Both the position numbers and the translations under genes were made by a program. The notes under the pieces are model-generated. The model did not search any database. It had not been told where the DNA came from and worked only from the letters and a program-made list of their open reading frames with translations. Shown here one piece after another: positions 1 to 13,542 of a DNA stretch of 64,000 nucleotides. Every line of letters begins with the position of its first letter. Positions within the stretch are counted from its first letter, which is position 1. Origin of the DNA: Octopus vulgaris (lineage: Eukaryota); contig OX597822.1 in the NCBI GenBank assembly GCA_951406725.2, positions 118,172,001-118,236,000 on the forward strand, given 5' to 3'.

Positions 1-1153
1 TAACGTAGCATATTTCGATGTATTCCTGACAATTCATTGATACAGAAAGAAACAGCATATCTAATTCTAGAACACAAAGTGGAAGAGTGCTTTATTTTCA
101 TTGGACACTCACCAAGTTGTATTATTTCTATCATTTCCAGCACATCATGTTTTAAAATCTATGTGTTAAAACTCTCTCGATCCAGTCGATTTTGCTGTAG
201 GCCATGCTGCGTTTATCTTTGTTGGAATGTCATAAATTCGTCATCGGTGTTTTCCTTTAGCTTAAATTCGTGAAGCGCAAATTGAATGCAAACCAGCAGA
301 TGGCTTGTTCTTGTAATATTCCCATGGAACAGCGTTCAGCGCTGATATTTTCTGGTAAAAATTGACCATAGAAACTATTGTCCTATAGCTACAATTACAT
401 ACATGCTACACTTAGCATCTACAGTTTAGCGAAATATTAAGTTTTGTAGAGGCTGAATCTTCACTTCGCTGCAACGACGAATTGCTTGTCAAGCCTTTCC
501 GGGACGACTGGCATAAAAATCAAATTGCTAAACTAACTGAGCAATTGTATTGGACGGAGTTCTTCGTTTCAGAGTAGAAGTAGGTACACAGATGATGCAG
601 TTGATGTTGCATTTTCAGTGATATGTTATGGCATCTATTACACTGTTACTACTACTAATATACAGTTTGTCTATCAGAAATAAGAAACACTACGGAATCT
701 GTACAAACTAGTTATGTGTGTCAGTCATAATTATTCCATATGGAAAGTTGTTATAAGAATTTTGAGACTTCAGTTGCTATGAGGAATAAAGAATATAATG
801 TTTTCGGTTCATGCCCTTCTTCCGAGAGTGAAGAAAATAGAGGAATTATTGCAGTTTTGGCTGAAAGTAATATTCTGTTTATAGCAAGAGTAAATTGTCG
901 CTGAAGAATTAGTTGCAGCTATAACAGGATATTGCTACCGGCATCAATGCAGCAAAGCTGTTATAATTTGTAATTTTATTGTTTTCTTTTTTCCACATCA
1001 CTTTAAAGAATATCTGGCAGTATTTCTAAAAGGCCACAACTATAACGGTGTATATTTATATATTTGACACACACACATACACACACACACACATACACAT
1101 ACACACACACATACAAACACACATACACATACACACACACACATACACACACA

Positions 1154-1199
<46 letters not shown>

Positions 1200-1334
1200 T
1201 ACATACTTATACATGTATATGAATATGTAAGCGTATATATTTAAGCATTTATATATAAATGTTTGTGTGTATATGTATTTATACATGTATGTATATACAC
1301 GAGTCTCTCTCTCTCTCTCTCTCTCTCTCTTTGT

Positions 1335-1860
1335 ATAGAAGTAAAAAGACAGATGGACACTAATAGGCTTAATGCATATATATTTACGTGGAATACAAAA
1401 TACATTGTATTACTTATTCTTTACGCCAAAAAAGAAAAGGCATAGATAATATAGATTAAAGAATATAAAATAATGGAAGGGAGTTATGTAATAGTCATGT
1501 CTTGACAGCTGTTTCGGGCGAACCATAGCTTATGTCGTAAACACTCTCGTATATAATAATGACCCATAATGTCGTAGGAGTGTGGAATAACAATAAGTTC
1601 CTATGTATCCTTTCAGCGAAGCGAGGAGGGTGATCTGATATAAAACTTGGTTGGCCGGTTCCTGCGGTTGTTGGCTGTGCTTTATATCGTGCGGAAAGGT
1701 GTAGAAGCGAGATGCAGAGAAAGTTATCGTAAGAGGTGCTGGATAAGTGCACATACTAGGTTTACTGGCAAGGGGTTACTGAAGGAACGCTACACAGTGA
1801 GAGAGAAACAATCATAGAGACAGAGGAGGGGGAAGAAGGGGAAGGAGGAGGTGGAAGAAA
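1335..1860 (-). mobile_element. Probable Penelope-like pseudo-LTR fragment with a degenerate hammerhead motif (1500-1625)
   Basis: Minus strand reads CTGAAAG...long stem (catag/ctatg, cttat/ataag)...CCC-GAAA-CAGCTG-TC-AAGA. The palindromic stem III (ACAGCTGT) and GUC site are typical of minimal PLE hammerheads. Boundaries are approximate. Confidence 0.45.
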
Positions 1861-1985
1861 TGACAAAGTAGTTATGGGTTTAATTTTGCGCTTAATTTCC
1901 TTTTATTGTAATAAATATTTTTCTCGTGAACATTAATATTCATTGCGCAGGCGTAGTTTCGTGGTAAGAAGCTTGCTTCCGGTGT

Positions 1986-2610
1986 ATCGTTTGTCACTCG
2001 AATTGTTGGTTTTGTTTGTAACCCACGTGTTTTTCTTTCGGTTGTCATGGCAGTGCGACGTTTTCCCTCTTGTTTAATGGGGGGGGGCGTCGGACGAGGA
2101 GTTGTGAAGATCTGAATTATCCTTCTTCAGACTTTATGTCGTCTGAGGAAGAAATGGTAGAGTGTTTGAAGAATATTGATGAAGTAATGGAGGCAAAAAA
2201 TTATGTAGAAGCGATGAAAGGAAAAAAGCGAAGACGTGAGGCTGGAGGATATAAGTAAATTCAAGGAAATTATTGAAAGGGAGGAGAATGATGTGAAGGT
2301 GCTTCCCCGCCACACACAAAGAATGGTTAAAGGAAAGAGATGAGAAAACAGTAATTTACAGAACGGACTCGGTAGCAGCCAGGAAGACTGAAGTCACGAC
2401 GACGGCTCAAGTGGAAAGAGCGCTTAAACCAATCTGGCAAGGAATTTCCTACCTTGCCAAAGGAAGGAGATCTGGGACAGTGGAGGTGCGGTGTCGGGAG
2501 GTAGCTACTGCCAGGCTGCACTCAGCAACACCGTTGAGAACTGATGAAGTGGTGTTTCTACCCATATACCTTGGGAGACGTGCTTCCAGGGTTAGGGTAG
2601 AAGACATACC
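1986..2610 (+). pseudogene. Tx1/L1-like LINE ORF1 (gag-like) 5' fragment, disrupted
   Basis: Broken reading frames give SSEEEMVECLKNIDEV...VERALKPIWQGISYLAKGRRSGTVEVRC...TPLRTDEVVFLPIYLGRRASRVRVEDIP, resembling the RRM-region/'V-V-x-x-I-P' segment of Tx1-type ORF1. The segment is more purine- and GC-rich than its flanks. Confidence 0.5.
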
Positions 2611-2770
2611 GGTGTTGATGTATTTGTGTCCTGTAACTTACGCTTCGGCAAAGAGACCGACAGAATAAGTTCCACTTCTTAAAAAAAGTACTGGGGTTGA
2701 TTCATTCGACTAAAAATTCAAGGCAGTGCTCCAGCATGGCCGCAGTCAAGTGACTGAAACAAGTAAACGA
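2611..2770 (+). mobile_element. SINE family A, 3' half
   Basis: Matches the 3' half of 2827-3208 (ttcggcaaagagaccga...gtgctccagcatggccgcagtcaagtgactgaaacaagtaaa). Confidence 0.8.
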
Positions 2771-2826
2771 TTAGAGATCATTTTCTATTATACAAGAAAT
2801 TTAATTAGAATAAATTCATGATTATT

Positions 2827-3208
2827 AGCTTGCTAACCAGCCACATGGTTCCGGGTTCAGTCCCACTGCGTGGCATCTTGGGCAAGTGTCTTCTACTATA
2901 GTCTCGGGCCGACCAAATCCTTGTGAGTGGATTTGGTAGACGGAAACTGAAAGAAGCCCGTCGTATATATGTATATATAAATGTATATGCGTGTCTATGT
3001 GCCTGTGTTTGTCCCCCTAGCATTGCTTGACAACCGATGCTGGTGTGTTTATGTCCCCACTACTTAGCGGTTCGGCAAAAGAGACCGATAGAATAAGTAC
3101 TGGGCTTACAAAATAATAAGTCCCGGGGTCGAGTTGCTCGATTAAAGGCGGTGCTCCAGCATGGCCGCAGTCAAATGACTGAAACAAGTAAAAGAGTAAA
3201 AGAGAGAG
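2827..3208 (+). mobile_element. tRNA-derived SINE family A, near full length
   Basis: B-box-like GGTTCAGTCCC, central ttgggcaagtgtcttctac...gtagacggaaactgaaagaagcccgtcg, internal (TA/TG) stretch, tail ggcggtgctccagcatggccgcagtcaaatgactgaaacaagtaaaagag. Many copies occur in the window. Confidence 0.85.
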
Positions 3209-3619
3209 TATGCCAATTTCCCTGATATTTCCTAGTGTTAAACATACTGCGAAAGTTCCCCGTCGAATGTCGGCTGATGCTCAAGTCATATATTGCATGT
3301 AAGGCAATATATAGAGGCTAAATGAACTGTGGTATAGTTTACATTCCTCAGCTCTGTTCTGTTTTATTCATATGGATATGGTCATAGCTCTAACTAATTT
3401 AATTAATTTTGAATTTCTTATTGAGGTGTTTCGGCAAAAAGAAAATTACCTCGGTTTAGATAATAGTTGTGAAACATCTATATATCTCTTACCTACTGCG
3501 CACACATACACTTACATAATTACATATATACATACAAACATACTTACATGCATACATACATACGAACGTACGTACATACAAATTTACAAACGCACATTTA
3601 TACATACATACGTAGTTAT

Positions 3620-3790
3620 CTTTTGGACTTTCCTCTGTCTCCTGTTCCTGAAGAAGAGCTTTGCTCGAAACATAAAACATCTTCTTTTCTTTCCTACCAT
3701 GACCGTCTTATTAATGCTTTGCATGTACCACGTCTTCGCGTTGTAGTTTCTTTCTTGTTGTCTTTGTCTTTTTCTCCGTTTTATTTTAAT
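3620..3790 (+). mobile_element. Short Penelope-derived repeat with a minimal hammerhead motif (3643-3679)
   Basis: tgttc-CTGAAGAA-GAGC-ttt-GCTC-GAAA-cat-a-aaaca. The downstream tail (ccacgtcttcgcgttg) is shared with 49837-49940. Confidence 0.55.
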
Positions 3791-3810
3791 TGTGTGTGTG
3801 TGTATATATA

Positions 3811-4118
3811 TCTTTATATATAAAAGTGAAGTTGTGCGTCTGTCTCCTACGATTTAGATTCCTAACTCCTCCCACATTTTGCGGTGCAGTTTAACCAAAA
3901 GCGGGTATCTTATAGTCATGATTCATATCGAGCCCTTCTGGGTATTAGCGTGCGTCTACGATGAGTCTACGATTAGTCTACGATTTAAAAAAAATTTACC
4001 ATCATTTTTTCACATTTTTAATGCATTTTTTGCTATTATATAAGGGAAGTAACTCTCTAAAAATGCTTATATAGTTATTTCCCTTACAAACCCGAGCAAC
4101 GCCGGGCGATACTGCTAG
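3811..4118 (+). mobile_element. Non-autonomous Helitron
   Basis: 5' TC(tttatatataaaa), 3' hairpin CCCGAGCAACGCCGGG about 8 nt before the terminal CTAG. Sits between host A (3810) and T (4119) with no TSD. Confidence 0.85.
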
Positions 4119-4397
4119 TATATATATAAACGGCGTTCTCAAGTAATCGATGTACGTGTGATCTTTCGTTATTTTTCCCTCTATGCCTGTGTGAGTTATT
4201 CTTGAGTATACATTGTCTGGGAGACTTTTCTTATAGTAGAGGAATTAGCTAAAATGTTTTGGCTGCTATTTCTAAAAGTTCGGTGTGTGGTAAAGTAAAT
4301 TATTTTACTGAACCCTAATTATATAACGTAATGTTTTATATATACCGTAAATGGTCTTTTTACATACTAAACACTACCTGGTAAAATTAATTAATAA

Positions 4398-5168
<771 letters not shown>

Positions 5169-5225
5169 ATATATATGTACATATATACATAATATAATAT
5201 ATAATATATAATACACACAGACGCA

Positions 5226-5269
<44 letters not shown>

Positions 5270-5499
5270 AAGATATCGAAATACGTTCGTAGACTGGACT
5301 AAAGATGGCTGCTATAACACGTTACTTCGTCGCGGAAGCCATCTTTATATCTATTTTCGGAAGTTGTTAATTTTATCGCATTAATGGGTTATAAAATGAT
5401 TTTATTTTACCATTACGTGGCAGATTTATTATATGAGGCTATATGTCAATGTCAGATTAAGATTTTACAATTTGGTGGTGTTGGTGGGTGTGGAGTGGG

Positions 5500-5700
5500 T
5501 GTGATGGTGATGGTTTAGCTCCGGGTCATTCGTGATAGAGACACAAAGGCCTATTTTCAGTAACCATTCGAGTCTTGAATTGTATACTCCTGACATTACT
5601 ATCCATTGTGTCCTTTTATATGATTGTAAGGGATATCGGGCTGCTATTTCTAGTAGATCGAGTAACGACGAAGAGGCTTCTTTGCTGGCTCACTCATTTG
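5500..5700 (-). mobile_element. Old SINE-like family E fragment (other copies about 7170-7385 +, 29660-29800 +, 46680-46860 -)
   Basis: Shared motif cgtggtcg..cg..ctgctagaaatagcagcc, and tail gatggttacggctggaatgcc...ctgaagctaaa among the four loci. Confidence 0.5.
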
Positions 5701-5778
5701 CACCACTTCTTGGCTTATGTGGTAAGAATACTGACGTATAGATGAGGAAGGGGCAAATAGAATATTCCATTACATAGA

Positions 5779-5942
5779 TGCACAGGCGTGGCTGTGTGTC
5801 AGAAGCTTACTTCTGACCACAAGGGCCTCGGTTCAGTCCCACTGCGTGGCACCTTGGGCAACTGTCTTCTATTAAAGCCTTGGGCCGAGCAAAGCTTTGT
5901 GAGTGGATTTGGTAGACGGAAACTGAAAGAAGACCGTCGTGT
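5779..5942 (+). mobile_element. SINE family A, 5' half
   Basis: gcacaggcgtggctgtgtg...ggttcagtcccactgcgtggcaccttgggcaa...gacggaaactgaaagaag. Confidence 0.8.
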
Positions 5943-5966
5943 ATATGTGTGTGTGCGTGTATATCT

Positions 5967-6046
<80 letters not shown>

Positions 6047-6460
6047 CTTAGAATAACTTAGAAAGGTTTTTGGCCAGTATTGGCCCAGGCCATGTCTAAC
6101 TTAATAGCACCACCTGGCAAAGTCTTTCAATTCAGGATTTGGGCACCGTGGCCTATTCGAGCAGAGAGCTATTGTTTTCGGAGACATATCCGGGTGTGGG
6201 TGGTTTGTCCGGGACTGTTTGAAGGAATTTGTCCAAAGACTTCTTGAATTTTGTGTGGTCAGTTTCTGTTTTGACGTGTCCTGGTGTAATGTTGAAGAGA
6301 GCGGTTCCAATTGAGGTGAAATAGTTGTGCCGTATTGTCGTTATGTGATGCGATTTAGATTTTTGTTGTGGACGGATAGCACGTGGTCCAAGCCTTGGAT
6401 GTATTTTGAAGGTGATGCCAACATCATTCGGACAGTGCTGATGGAATATTTTCCACATCA
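6047..6460 (-). mobile_element. CR1/L2-group LINE 3' end (subfamily 2)
   Basis: Peptide WKIFHQHCPNDVG...GTALFNITP...FKKSLDKFLQTVPDKP is homologous to the C-terminus of the 21550 ORF. Short repeated tail (TTCTAAGTTA)x2; flanked by (TA)n on both sides. Confidence 0.8.
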
Positions 6461-6695
6461 TATATATATATATGTATATGTATATATATGTGTGTGTATG
6501 TATGTAGGTATGTATATATTATGTACATATATAAGTATACATTTATATATATATATATATATATACGTATATATATATATATATATGTATATGTATATAT
6601 CTACCTTTGAATATATATATATACATATATATATATATACGTGCGTGTGCGAGTGTGTGTGTACTTACATACATACATATATACATACATACATG

Positions 6696-6727
<32 letters not shown>

Positions 6728-7427
6728 CATACATACATATCTATAATAATAAATGGCAAGTTTGTGTTTGTGAATTTGTTACTTTTTCTCCTCCGAGACT
6801 ATCCAACAGACGTTGTTGAAACTTGACACGTGTGGCGGGGGGGGGGGAGGCTTATACCCATGCGGTCACTTATCATATATATATATGTATATATATATAT
6901 ACATACACACACGACAACCTTTGTGCGTGCATTCGTGTGTGCGTGCGTGTGTGTGACCTTTTGAGAACGAGTGCTGAACTCTTTATGTTCCCGTAAAACT
7001 AGCGGTTCGACAAGACGAGAACGATAAAATAAGTACCGGAGTTGATTTGATTGACTAAACCATTAACATCTTAATTAAATTACTGTTCTAGTACCAAATC
7101 CCTACTTCATATTTTCCCAGGGAGTCTTTGCGACTTCATCAGTGAATGGTTTCAAATATGAACGGTGGAAATCTTTTGCTTACGTGGTCGCTCGGTCTGC
7201 TAGAAATACCCACAAAATTTCCTTTAATATACACTCTACCCTTAAAAAATAATGAAAGAAGCCATTGGATAATGGAGCCCAATATACACAGTATCTGAAA
7301 AACAGAACAAGAAGAGATGGTTACGGCTGGAATGCCTTTTGATCATAGTTCAATTTGACCAAAGCAAACCTGAAGCTAAAGAAAAATACCCTCCAGAAGA
7401 ATAACGATGTTATATAAATAAACTATG

Positions 7428-7671
7428 TGGAGGCGCGTGGCTTAGTGGTTAGGGTGTCAGCATCATGATCGTAAGATTGTGGTTTCGATTCCTGGACCAG
7501 GCGACGCGCAAAACACTTCATTTTACGTTGCTCCAGTCCACTCAGCTGGCAAAAAGGAGTAACGCTGCGATGGAGTGGTGTCCCGTCCAGCTGGGGAACA
7601 CATACGCCATAGAAACCGGGAAACTGGGCCCATGAGCCTGGCGAGGCTTGAAAAGGGTGCATTTATTATAT
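7428..7671 (+). mobile_element. tRNA-derived SINE family C with 15-bp TSD
   Basis: A box TGGCTTAGTGG and B box GTTTCGATTCC. TSD tataaataaactatg at 7413-7427 and 7672-7686. Confidence 0.85.
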
Positions 7672-7696
7672 TATAAATAAACTATGCATTTTGTCT

Positions 7697-7906
7697 TTTA
7701 TCTTTTTCTTGTTTCAGTCATTAGACTGCGGCCATGCTGGGGCACCTCCTTGAATAATTTTTAATCGAATGAATTGAACCAAGTACTTTTTTTTAAGCGT
7801 GATACTTTACTTACCCTTTTGGTCTCTTTGGCTGAGCCGCTAAGTTTCAAGAACGTAAAAACACCAACACCGGTTACAAGCGATGGTCGGGAACAAACAC
7901 AGACAC

Positions 7907-7959
<53 letters not shown>

Positions 7960-8165
7960 TATATACATACATACATACATACATATATATGTATATATGT
8001 AGGACAGGTTTCTTTCAGTTTCCGTCTACCAAATCCACTCACAAGGCTTTGGCCGGCCCGAGGCTATAGTAGAACACACTTGCCCAAGGTGCCACACAGG
8101 GGGATGAACCTAGTACCGTGTGGTTGAGAGGCAAGCTTCTTACCACGCAACCACGCCGTTGCCTA
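7697..8165 (-). mobile_element. SINE family A, full length with expanded internal microsatellite
   Basis: Reverse complement of the family A head, core and tail. Confidence 0.85.
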
Positions 8166-8717
8166 CTCCCTATTAATTACAAAGTAAACTTCTTGTGATC
8201 TATGCTCACCTTCCCGAACCATCGTATGTTCGTCCTTGTGCCAATGCCAAGAAATCGATATTGTTAGTTTCCTTAAAAAATATTTTTATAGGAAGAAAAT
8301 ATTGATTAATTGATCAGATGTTATTAATTCCATCAATACAAAACAAATGAGTTTAGCGAAATGGGGTGGGGGAGATCAAGTGTAAAGGTGATAAGCATAC
8401 AGTATTACCAAGTTTAGGGGGAGTGGGAGGGAGTGAAAGGAGGCGGATGCTGTGCGTGTGAGTGAAGAGGACGTATAAGGGAGTAGGAGAGGAGGAGGAG
8501 GATATGGGGATAGAGAGGGTTTTAGAGAGAAGGAGATGACGAAGGGGAATATGAGTGGGTGAGAGAGAGAGTGAGGGAAAAACAAAGAGAAAGAGAGAAC
8601 AGCTGTGAAGGGGATATTCTAGAATATGACCAAACTTATAAAGAGAAAAAGGAGAGAGAGAGTGGGAAAAAGATAGAGACAGAGAGATGGGAATGGATTA
8701 AAGAGAGAGCGAGAGCG

Positions 8718-8759
<42 letters not shown>

Positions 8760-8862
8760 GGTAATATGTGTAGGCGAATACTTTACACTATAACTAAGCT
8801 GAATTTGTATCTGTATCTAAATATGATATGTGGGTGATAGCATGGCGGTATTTGATATAAGC

Positions 8863-8900
<38 letters not shown>

Positions 8901-8961
8901 TGAGAAAGACAGTCAAATAGACAGGTAGAGAGAAAGACAGACAGACAATCAGGCAGGTAGG

Positions 8962-8992
<31 letters not shown>

Positions 8993-9052
8993 GACAGACA
9001 GACAGACAGACAACAGACAACAGACAGACATACAGATAAAAAGATAGATAAG

Positions 9053-9205
9053 TTTCTTTATTGGCCACACAGGGCTGCACACAGATGGGACAAGTTACAA
9101 GGTAGAGCTTTTCTTTTGGGGGATGAAAAAAAAACAAAAAACAAAAGAAACAAGAAAAAAAGGGGTGGCGTAGGTTTTCGATCAAGAGGGATCGTAAAAG
9201 GGAAG
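9053..9205 (-). mobile_element. Non-LTR retroelement 3' UTR fragment (Tx1-like tail) within a (GATA/GACA)n array
   Basis: Near-identical copy at 39516-39635. The minus-strand end ttgtcccatctgtgtgcagccctgtgtggccaataaagaaa resembles the SINE-B and Tx1 tails. Confidence 0.6.
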
Positions 9206-9315
9206 AAAAGAAAAAATAAATAAATAAATAAAATAAAAAAAGAAAAAAGAAAAAAGAAAAAAAAGAAAAGGAAAAGGAACAAAAGAAAAGAGAAATGAAA
9301 AAAGAAGAAAAGAGG

Positions 9316-9372
<57 letters not shown>

Positions 9373-9388
9373 TAGATAAATACATAGA

Positions 9389-9436
<48 letters not shown>

Positions 9437-9628
9437 TGAGAAAGACAGTCAAATAGACAGAGAGAAAGACAGACAGACAGACAAACAGACAGGACAAACA
9501 GACAGACAGGCAGACAGGCAGACAGACAGACAGACAGGCAGACAGACAGACAGGCAGACAGACAGACAGGCAGACAGACAACAGACAGACAGACATACAG
9601 ATAAAAAAATAGATAAAAAAATAGATAG

Positions 9629-9695
<67 letters not shown>

Positions 9696-10422
9696 TAGAT
9701 AGATAGACGGAATAGGAGTCGAGAAGAGGAGGGAGAGGGTAGAAAGTCATTTGATAAACAAGGTATGACCTTCATTATAACCAAATATGGAGAAGTTAGA
9801 AAACAGTAGGTGTGTATAGGATACACAACAACAACAACACCTTTCTAATAATGATAACTAAGCTTTCAAATAGAAGGACAAAGAAAGTTTTACTTAGTAT
9901 GTTTGTCACGTAGCCATTCTATTGATTCGTTGTTAACCACGTTCTTTGTCGCTTTTATAAGGCAATTCTCGATCAATAATCTCATCAACACTATGTTCTT
10001 GTAGCGTTGTTATTGTCGTTGCTGTTGTGTTCGATCCCCTACTCAATTGTGTTCCAATTGGGACTGGTCCCATTTTCATTTCCTTATTTTCGAGAGCAAG
10101 TGCGTTTAAGACACCATTGTGAATGGATGTTTGAATCTGTGAAGTTCATCCTTCGTTTCACAGTGAAATTATTTCGCTTAAAACCGAAAGAAACCGGGAA
10201 GCAAGTGTGGTTGTATTTTAATTTTTTTAATTTACATTTTTTATCGTGTGAACAACAGCCTCGTTACGGATTTCCTCTGACCAATCACTGGCTCACTGCA
10301 TTTACAATGGCTAGCGTGACAAGGAAATAACTGTGAATACGAATAACGCACAAACACACACAAACACACACACACATACATAAACACATGCGCACGCACG
10401 TTCGCTTGGACGGTATCTTGTT

Positions 10423-10649
10423 GAAGGCGCTGAGAGCTGGCAGAAACGTTAGCACACCGGGCGAAATACTTAGCCGTATTTCGTCTGCCGTTACGTTCTG
10501 AGTTCAAATTCCGCCGAGGTCGACTTTGCCTTTCACCCTTTCGGGGTCGATTAAATAAGTACCAGTTACACACTTGGGTCGATATAATCAACTTAATCCG
10601 TGTGTCTGTCCTCTCTGTGTTTAGCCCCCTTGTGGGTAGTAAAGAAATA
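10423..10649 (+). mobile_element. tRNA-derived SINE family B with 11-bp TSD
   Basis: Head gagctggcagaaacgttagc, B box GAGTTCAAATTCC, core gaggtcgactttgcctttca...tcgattaaataagtaccag. TSD ggtatcttgtt at 10412-10422 and 10650-10660. Confidence 0.9.
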
Positions 10650-10674
10650 GGTATCTTGTTTTAATCATTAACTT

Positions 10675-11985
10675 TTAAATCTTAAGAAGGTTTCGCAGAT
10701 TTTTATAGTGCCACGTATTGTGATCACTTTGTAGCGTATGAATTAAGGATTTCCGTTCTCTTCCCAAGATCCTAAGTTCAGCCATATTTTGCTCCAGACT
10801 GGTTGGTATGTATCCTATTGCTCCAATAATAATAGGTATGAAGCTGAAACGATATCTTAGATGCTGGATATGCAAACTCCTTATCAATCGTCCATAGATG
10901 CCTTGTTTCTCTTGTATTTTTCTAACCACAATGGTGTCCAGGGGCAGCTGATTTCCACAACAGAACATACCTTTTCTTTGTGATCCCACACAATAATATA
11001 TGACCGATTGTATTTTAACTTGGTAGTTGTTTTAACTTTTGAAGTTCCACTAATATTTTTTTAACCCATCGGTCTCAATATTGTCAACTTTGTCTATAGC
11101 TGTTTTCGTTTTTGTCATCCTGTTCCAGATTGTTCTGGCTACCGTTTCGTACCTCGTAGGAAGACAGTAGCTGGATGACATTCCCTCACAGTTGGCAATA
11201 ATGTAGTTGATGTCTTCATTCTTGGTCTTGCAAAGCCTCCATTTTCTGCCTTTTATGCTGTAGGTACCTCTTGGGGATCTCTTGTCCTAGAATTGCATGG
11301 ATGTAGCCTTTAAAGGGATATGTCATAAAGTCATACCACTTAAGGCGGCGAGCTGGCAGAAGCGTTACCACGCCGGGCGAAATGCGTAGCAGTATTTCGT
11401 CTGCCGTTACGTTCAGAGTTCAAATTCCGCCGAGGTCGACTTTGCCTTTCATCCTTTAGGGGTCGATTAAATAAGTACCAGTTACACACTGGGGTCGACA
11501 TAATCGACTTAATCCGTTTGTCTGTCTTTGTTTGTCCTTTCTATGTATAGCCCCTTGTGAGTAGTAAAGAAATAGGTATGTCATAAAGTTGTCAGTACTC
11601 CATGCTAAGCTTTTGACCGTGATCAATCCTGTCAATGGTTTGTGTTTTACTCGCCAAGTACCCAAATACTATCTTCTCGGTGAACTTATCCATTTATTTC
11701 TCTTTTGTTCTGATGAATAGATTTTACCAATGCCCTTTGGGGAAGGCTCTGTATCAGCTTTTACTTCTTCCCTCTCTTCAAGTTCATAAGCTATTCTAAT
11801 TGTGTTGATAGTTTCGGGGTCACAAACTTGAGCAAGATAGTTACTGGTCTCTTTTCTCTGGTGAAGATGTGTCAATGTCACAATACGTGCTTCATAAGAC
11901 ATCAATACAGATTTGAAACCACGGTCACCGTCCTCACATGGGAAGTATAGCCTATCTACATCTCCACTGATGTTGAAAACTTAGT
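10675..11985 (-). pseudogene. R4/Dong-clade (RLE) non-LTR retrotransposon C-terminal fragment, interrupted by a SINE
   Basis: Frameshifted peptides GDVDRLYFP, RLCKTKNEDINYIIANC (decayed CCHC), VLWDHKEKVCSVVEISCP and FIPIIIGAIG: post-RT, zinc knuckle and restriction-like endonuclease region. Confidence 0.75.
11342..11576 (+). mobile_element. SINE family B nested in the RLE element, 13-bp TSD
   Basis: Full head-to-tail match to family B. TSD tatgtcataaagt at 11319-11331 and 11577-11589. Confidence 0.9.
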
Positions 11986-13147
11986 AATTAACAATACAAA
12001 ATTTATCACTGTTCATAGTTAGAGCATAATAAATATTTCAAAAAGAAGGCCTTTCTTGTTCCTGTTTGAATTGTTAGCTTTGTCAGCTGTCATTGAATTG
12101 GAGTCATAGATTGATATGTTTTTTTATTATCTGTTACCAAAACTATTGCCACGGTTGTATGAATGCTATTACCTTACATATCAGCATATCCAATGATCAA
12201 TAAAATGAAGTTGATCTTCCTACAATAGCAACATGTGGTCAATTATAGTAATGCAGTTCATAGGATTAGTCGAGGGCTCACCCATCTTGAGTGTACAAAT
12301 AGCATCGTGCAACGTAAAGGGTTTCCTAGTTTTATGAGGCAGACAAGGCAGGTTGTATAGCAAACTACTTCATATTTGTCCTTATCTGACAGCATTTCTA
12401 ATCGCCTCTTTTGCAAACCCTATAGGAAAATCACACTGTGTGATATTTCTCTAAAAGGACTGACAAATTCATTAATATGTTTTCGAGTCTGCTATATCAA
12501 AGATATCACCTCCGTTCATTGCGTATATTTTTGCTGCTAGTTCTTTATGAATGTAATGAGATTTCTTACTTTTGAATCGTATGAAAGACCATGTTCAGCT
12601 TCCTCTCTAGCAATTTCACACCACGCTTTTTCATCACGGCTACGGACGACTGTATATCTTTCCCAGGCTTAAGAAATAAAAACCAATTTATCGTTCACAT
12701 CTGGTTTCATAAGATATCTTTCGAAGTGGATAATAAATCTATCAAAAGCCTATTCAGTGTTACTTTAACTTAGACGAGTTGATTCTTTTTGATGATATAA
12801 TTGATTTTAGAGTAACATCTGATGTATGGGAACTGTGATAACCCGTAATCCAAAGGAGTTAATATCCAATCATACACATATTTCGCATTTCAGAAGCTGT
12901 CCGCTAATGAAGTCGTTTCATTTACCTGTTATGTGCCGAGCATATATGCGCACGTGTTTCAAGTGAGAGATCTCACATAGTTATACTGCTGGTAATTAAC
13001 ATAATATAATACATACATACATATATAAGTATATATATATATATGTATACATGTATATATATATGTGTGTGCGTGTGTGTGTGTGTGTGTGCATGTCTTA
13101 CTTTTTAGTTAAATCATTATGTATATGCGTGTGCGTGTACCTGTATG

Positions 13148-13179
<32 letters not shown>

Positions 13180-13299
13180 CGAGGAAGGGAACAAACGAAA
13201 GAAACTAGCACTCAGGATATTTGGTATTTGCTTGCGAGAAGTTCGTTGGTGTATGTATGTATGTATCGCCATGTTGATTCGTTAGCTACTGCACGCATT

Positions 13300-13505
13300 T
13301 TTTTTCTCTCCTTTTTTTTCTCTCCTTTTTTTCTCTCCTTCTTTCTGTGTTTTTTTTCTCTCTGTGTATCTTTCTGTTGAAGAGCGTAGGCTCGAAACGT
13401 TAAAGACTTGTTTTATTTATATTTCCTGAGCGCCATACTAATACAATTGTTCGTTTGTTTTCCACCTGCCTTCGTCTTTTGTCTATTTTCATAAAGCTTC
13501 CCGTT
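13300..13505 (+). mobile_element. Short Penelope-derived repeat with hammerhead-like motif (13369-13406)
   Basis: tcttt-CTGTTGAA-GAGC-gtag-GCTC-GAAA-cgt-t-aaaga. Homologous copy at 21243-21400 (-). Confidence 0.6.
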
Positions 13506-13508
13506 ATG

Positions 13509-13542
<34 letters not shown>

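Noticed and set aside
1-960. Possible decayed coding sequence on the minus strand
   Set aside because: Short stop-interrupted frames with no recognisable motif; cannot be assigned without a search.
6740-6860. Helitron-like 5' end (tctataataataaa)
   Set aside because: No 3' hairpin or CTAG found; insufficient support.
7105-7148. CTGATGAA-GTC..GAC hammerhead-like motif on the minus strand
   Set aside because: GAAA does not follow stem II directly and there is no valid stem III or cleavage site.
7428-7500. tRNA gene
   Set aside because: A and B boxes are present but there is no cloverleaf; it continues into a SINE body with TSDs. The same applies to the other SINE heads.
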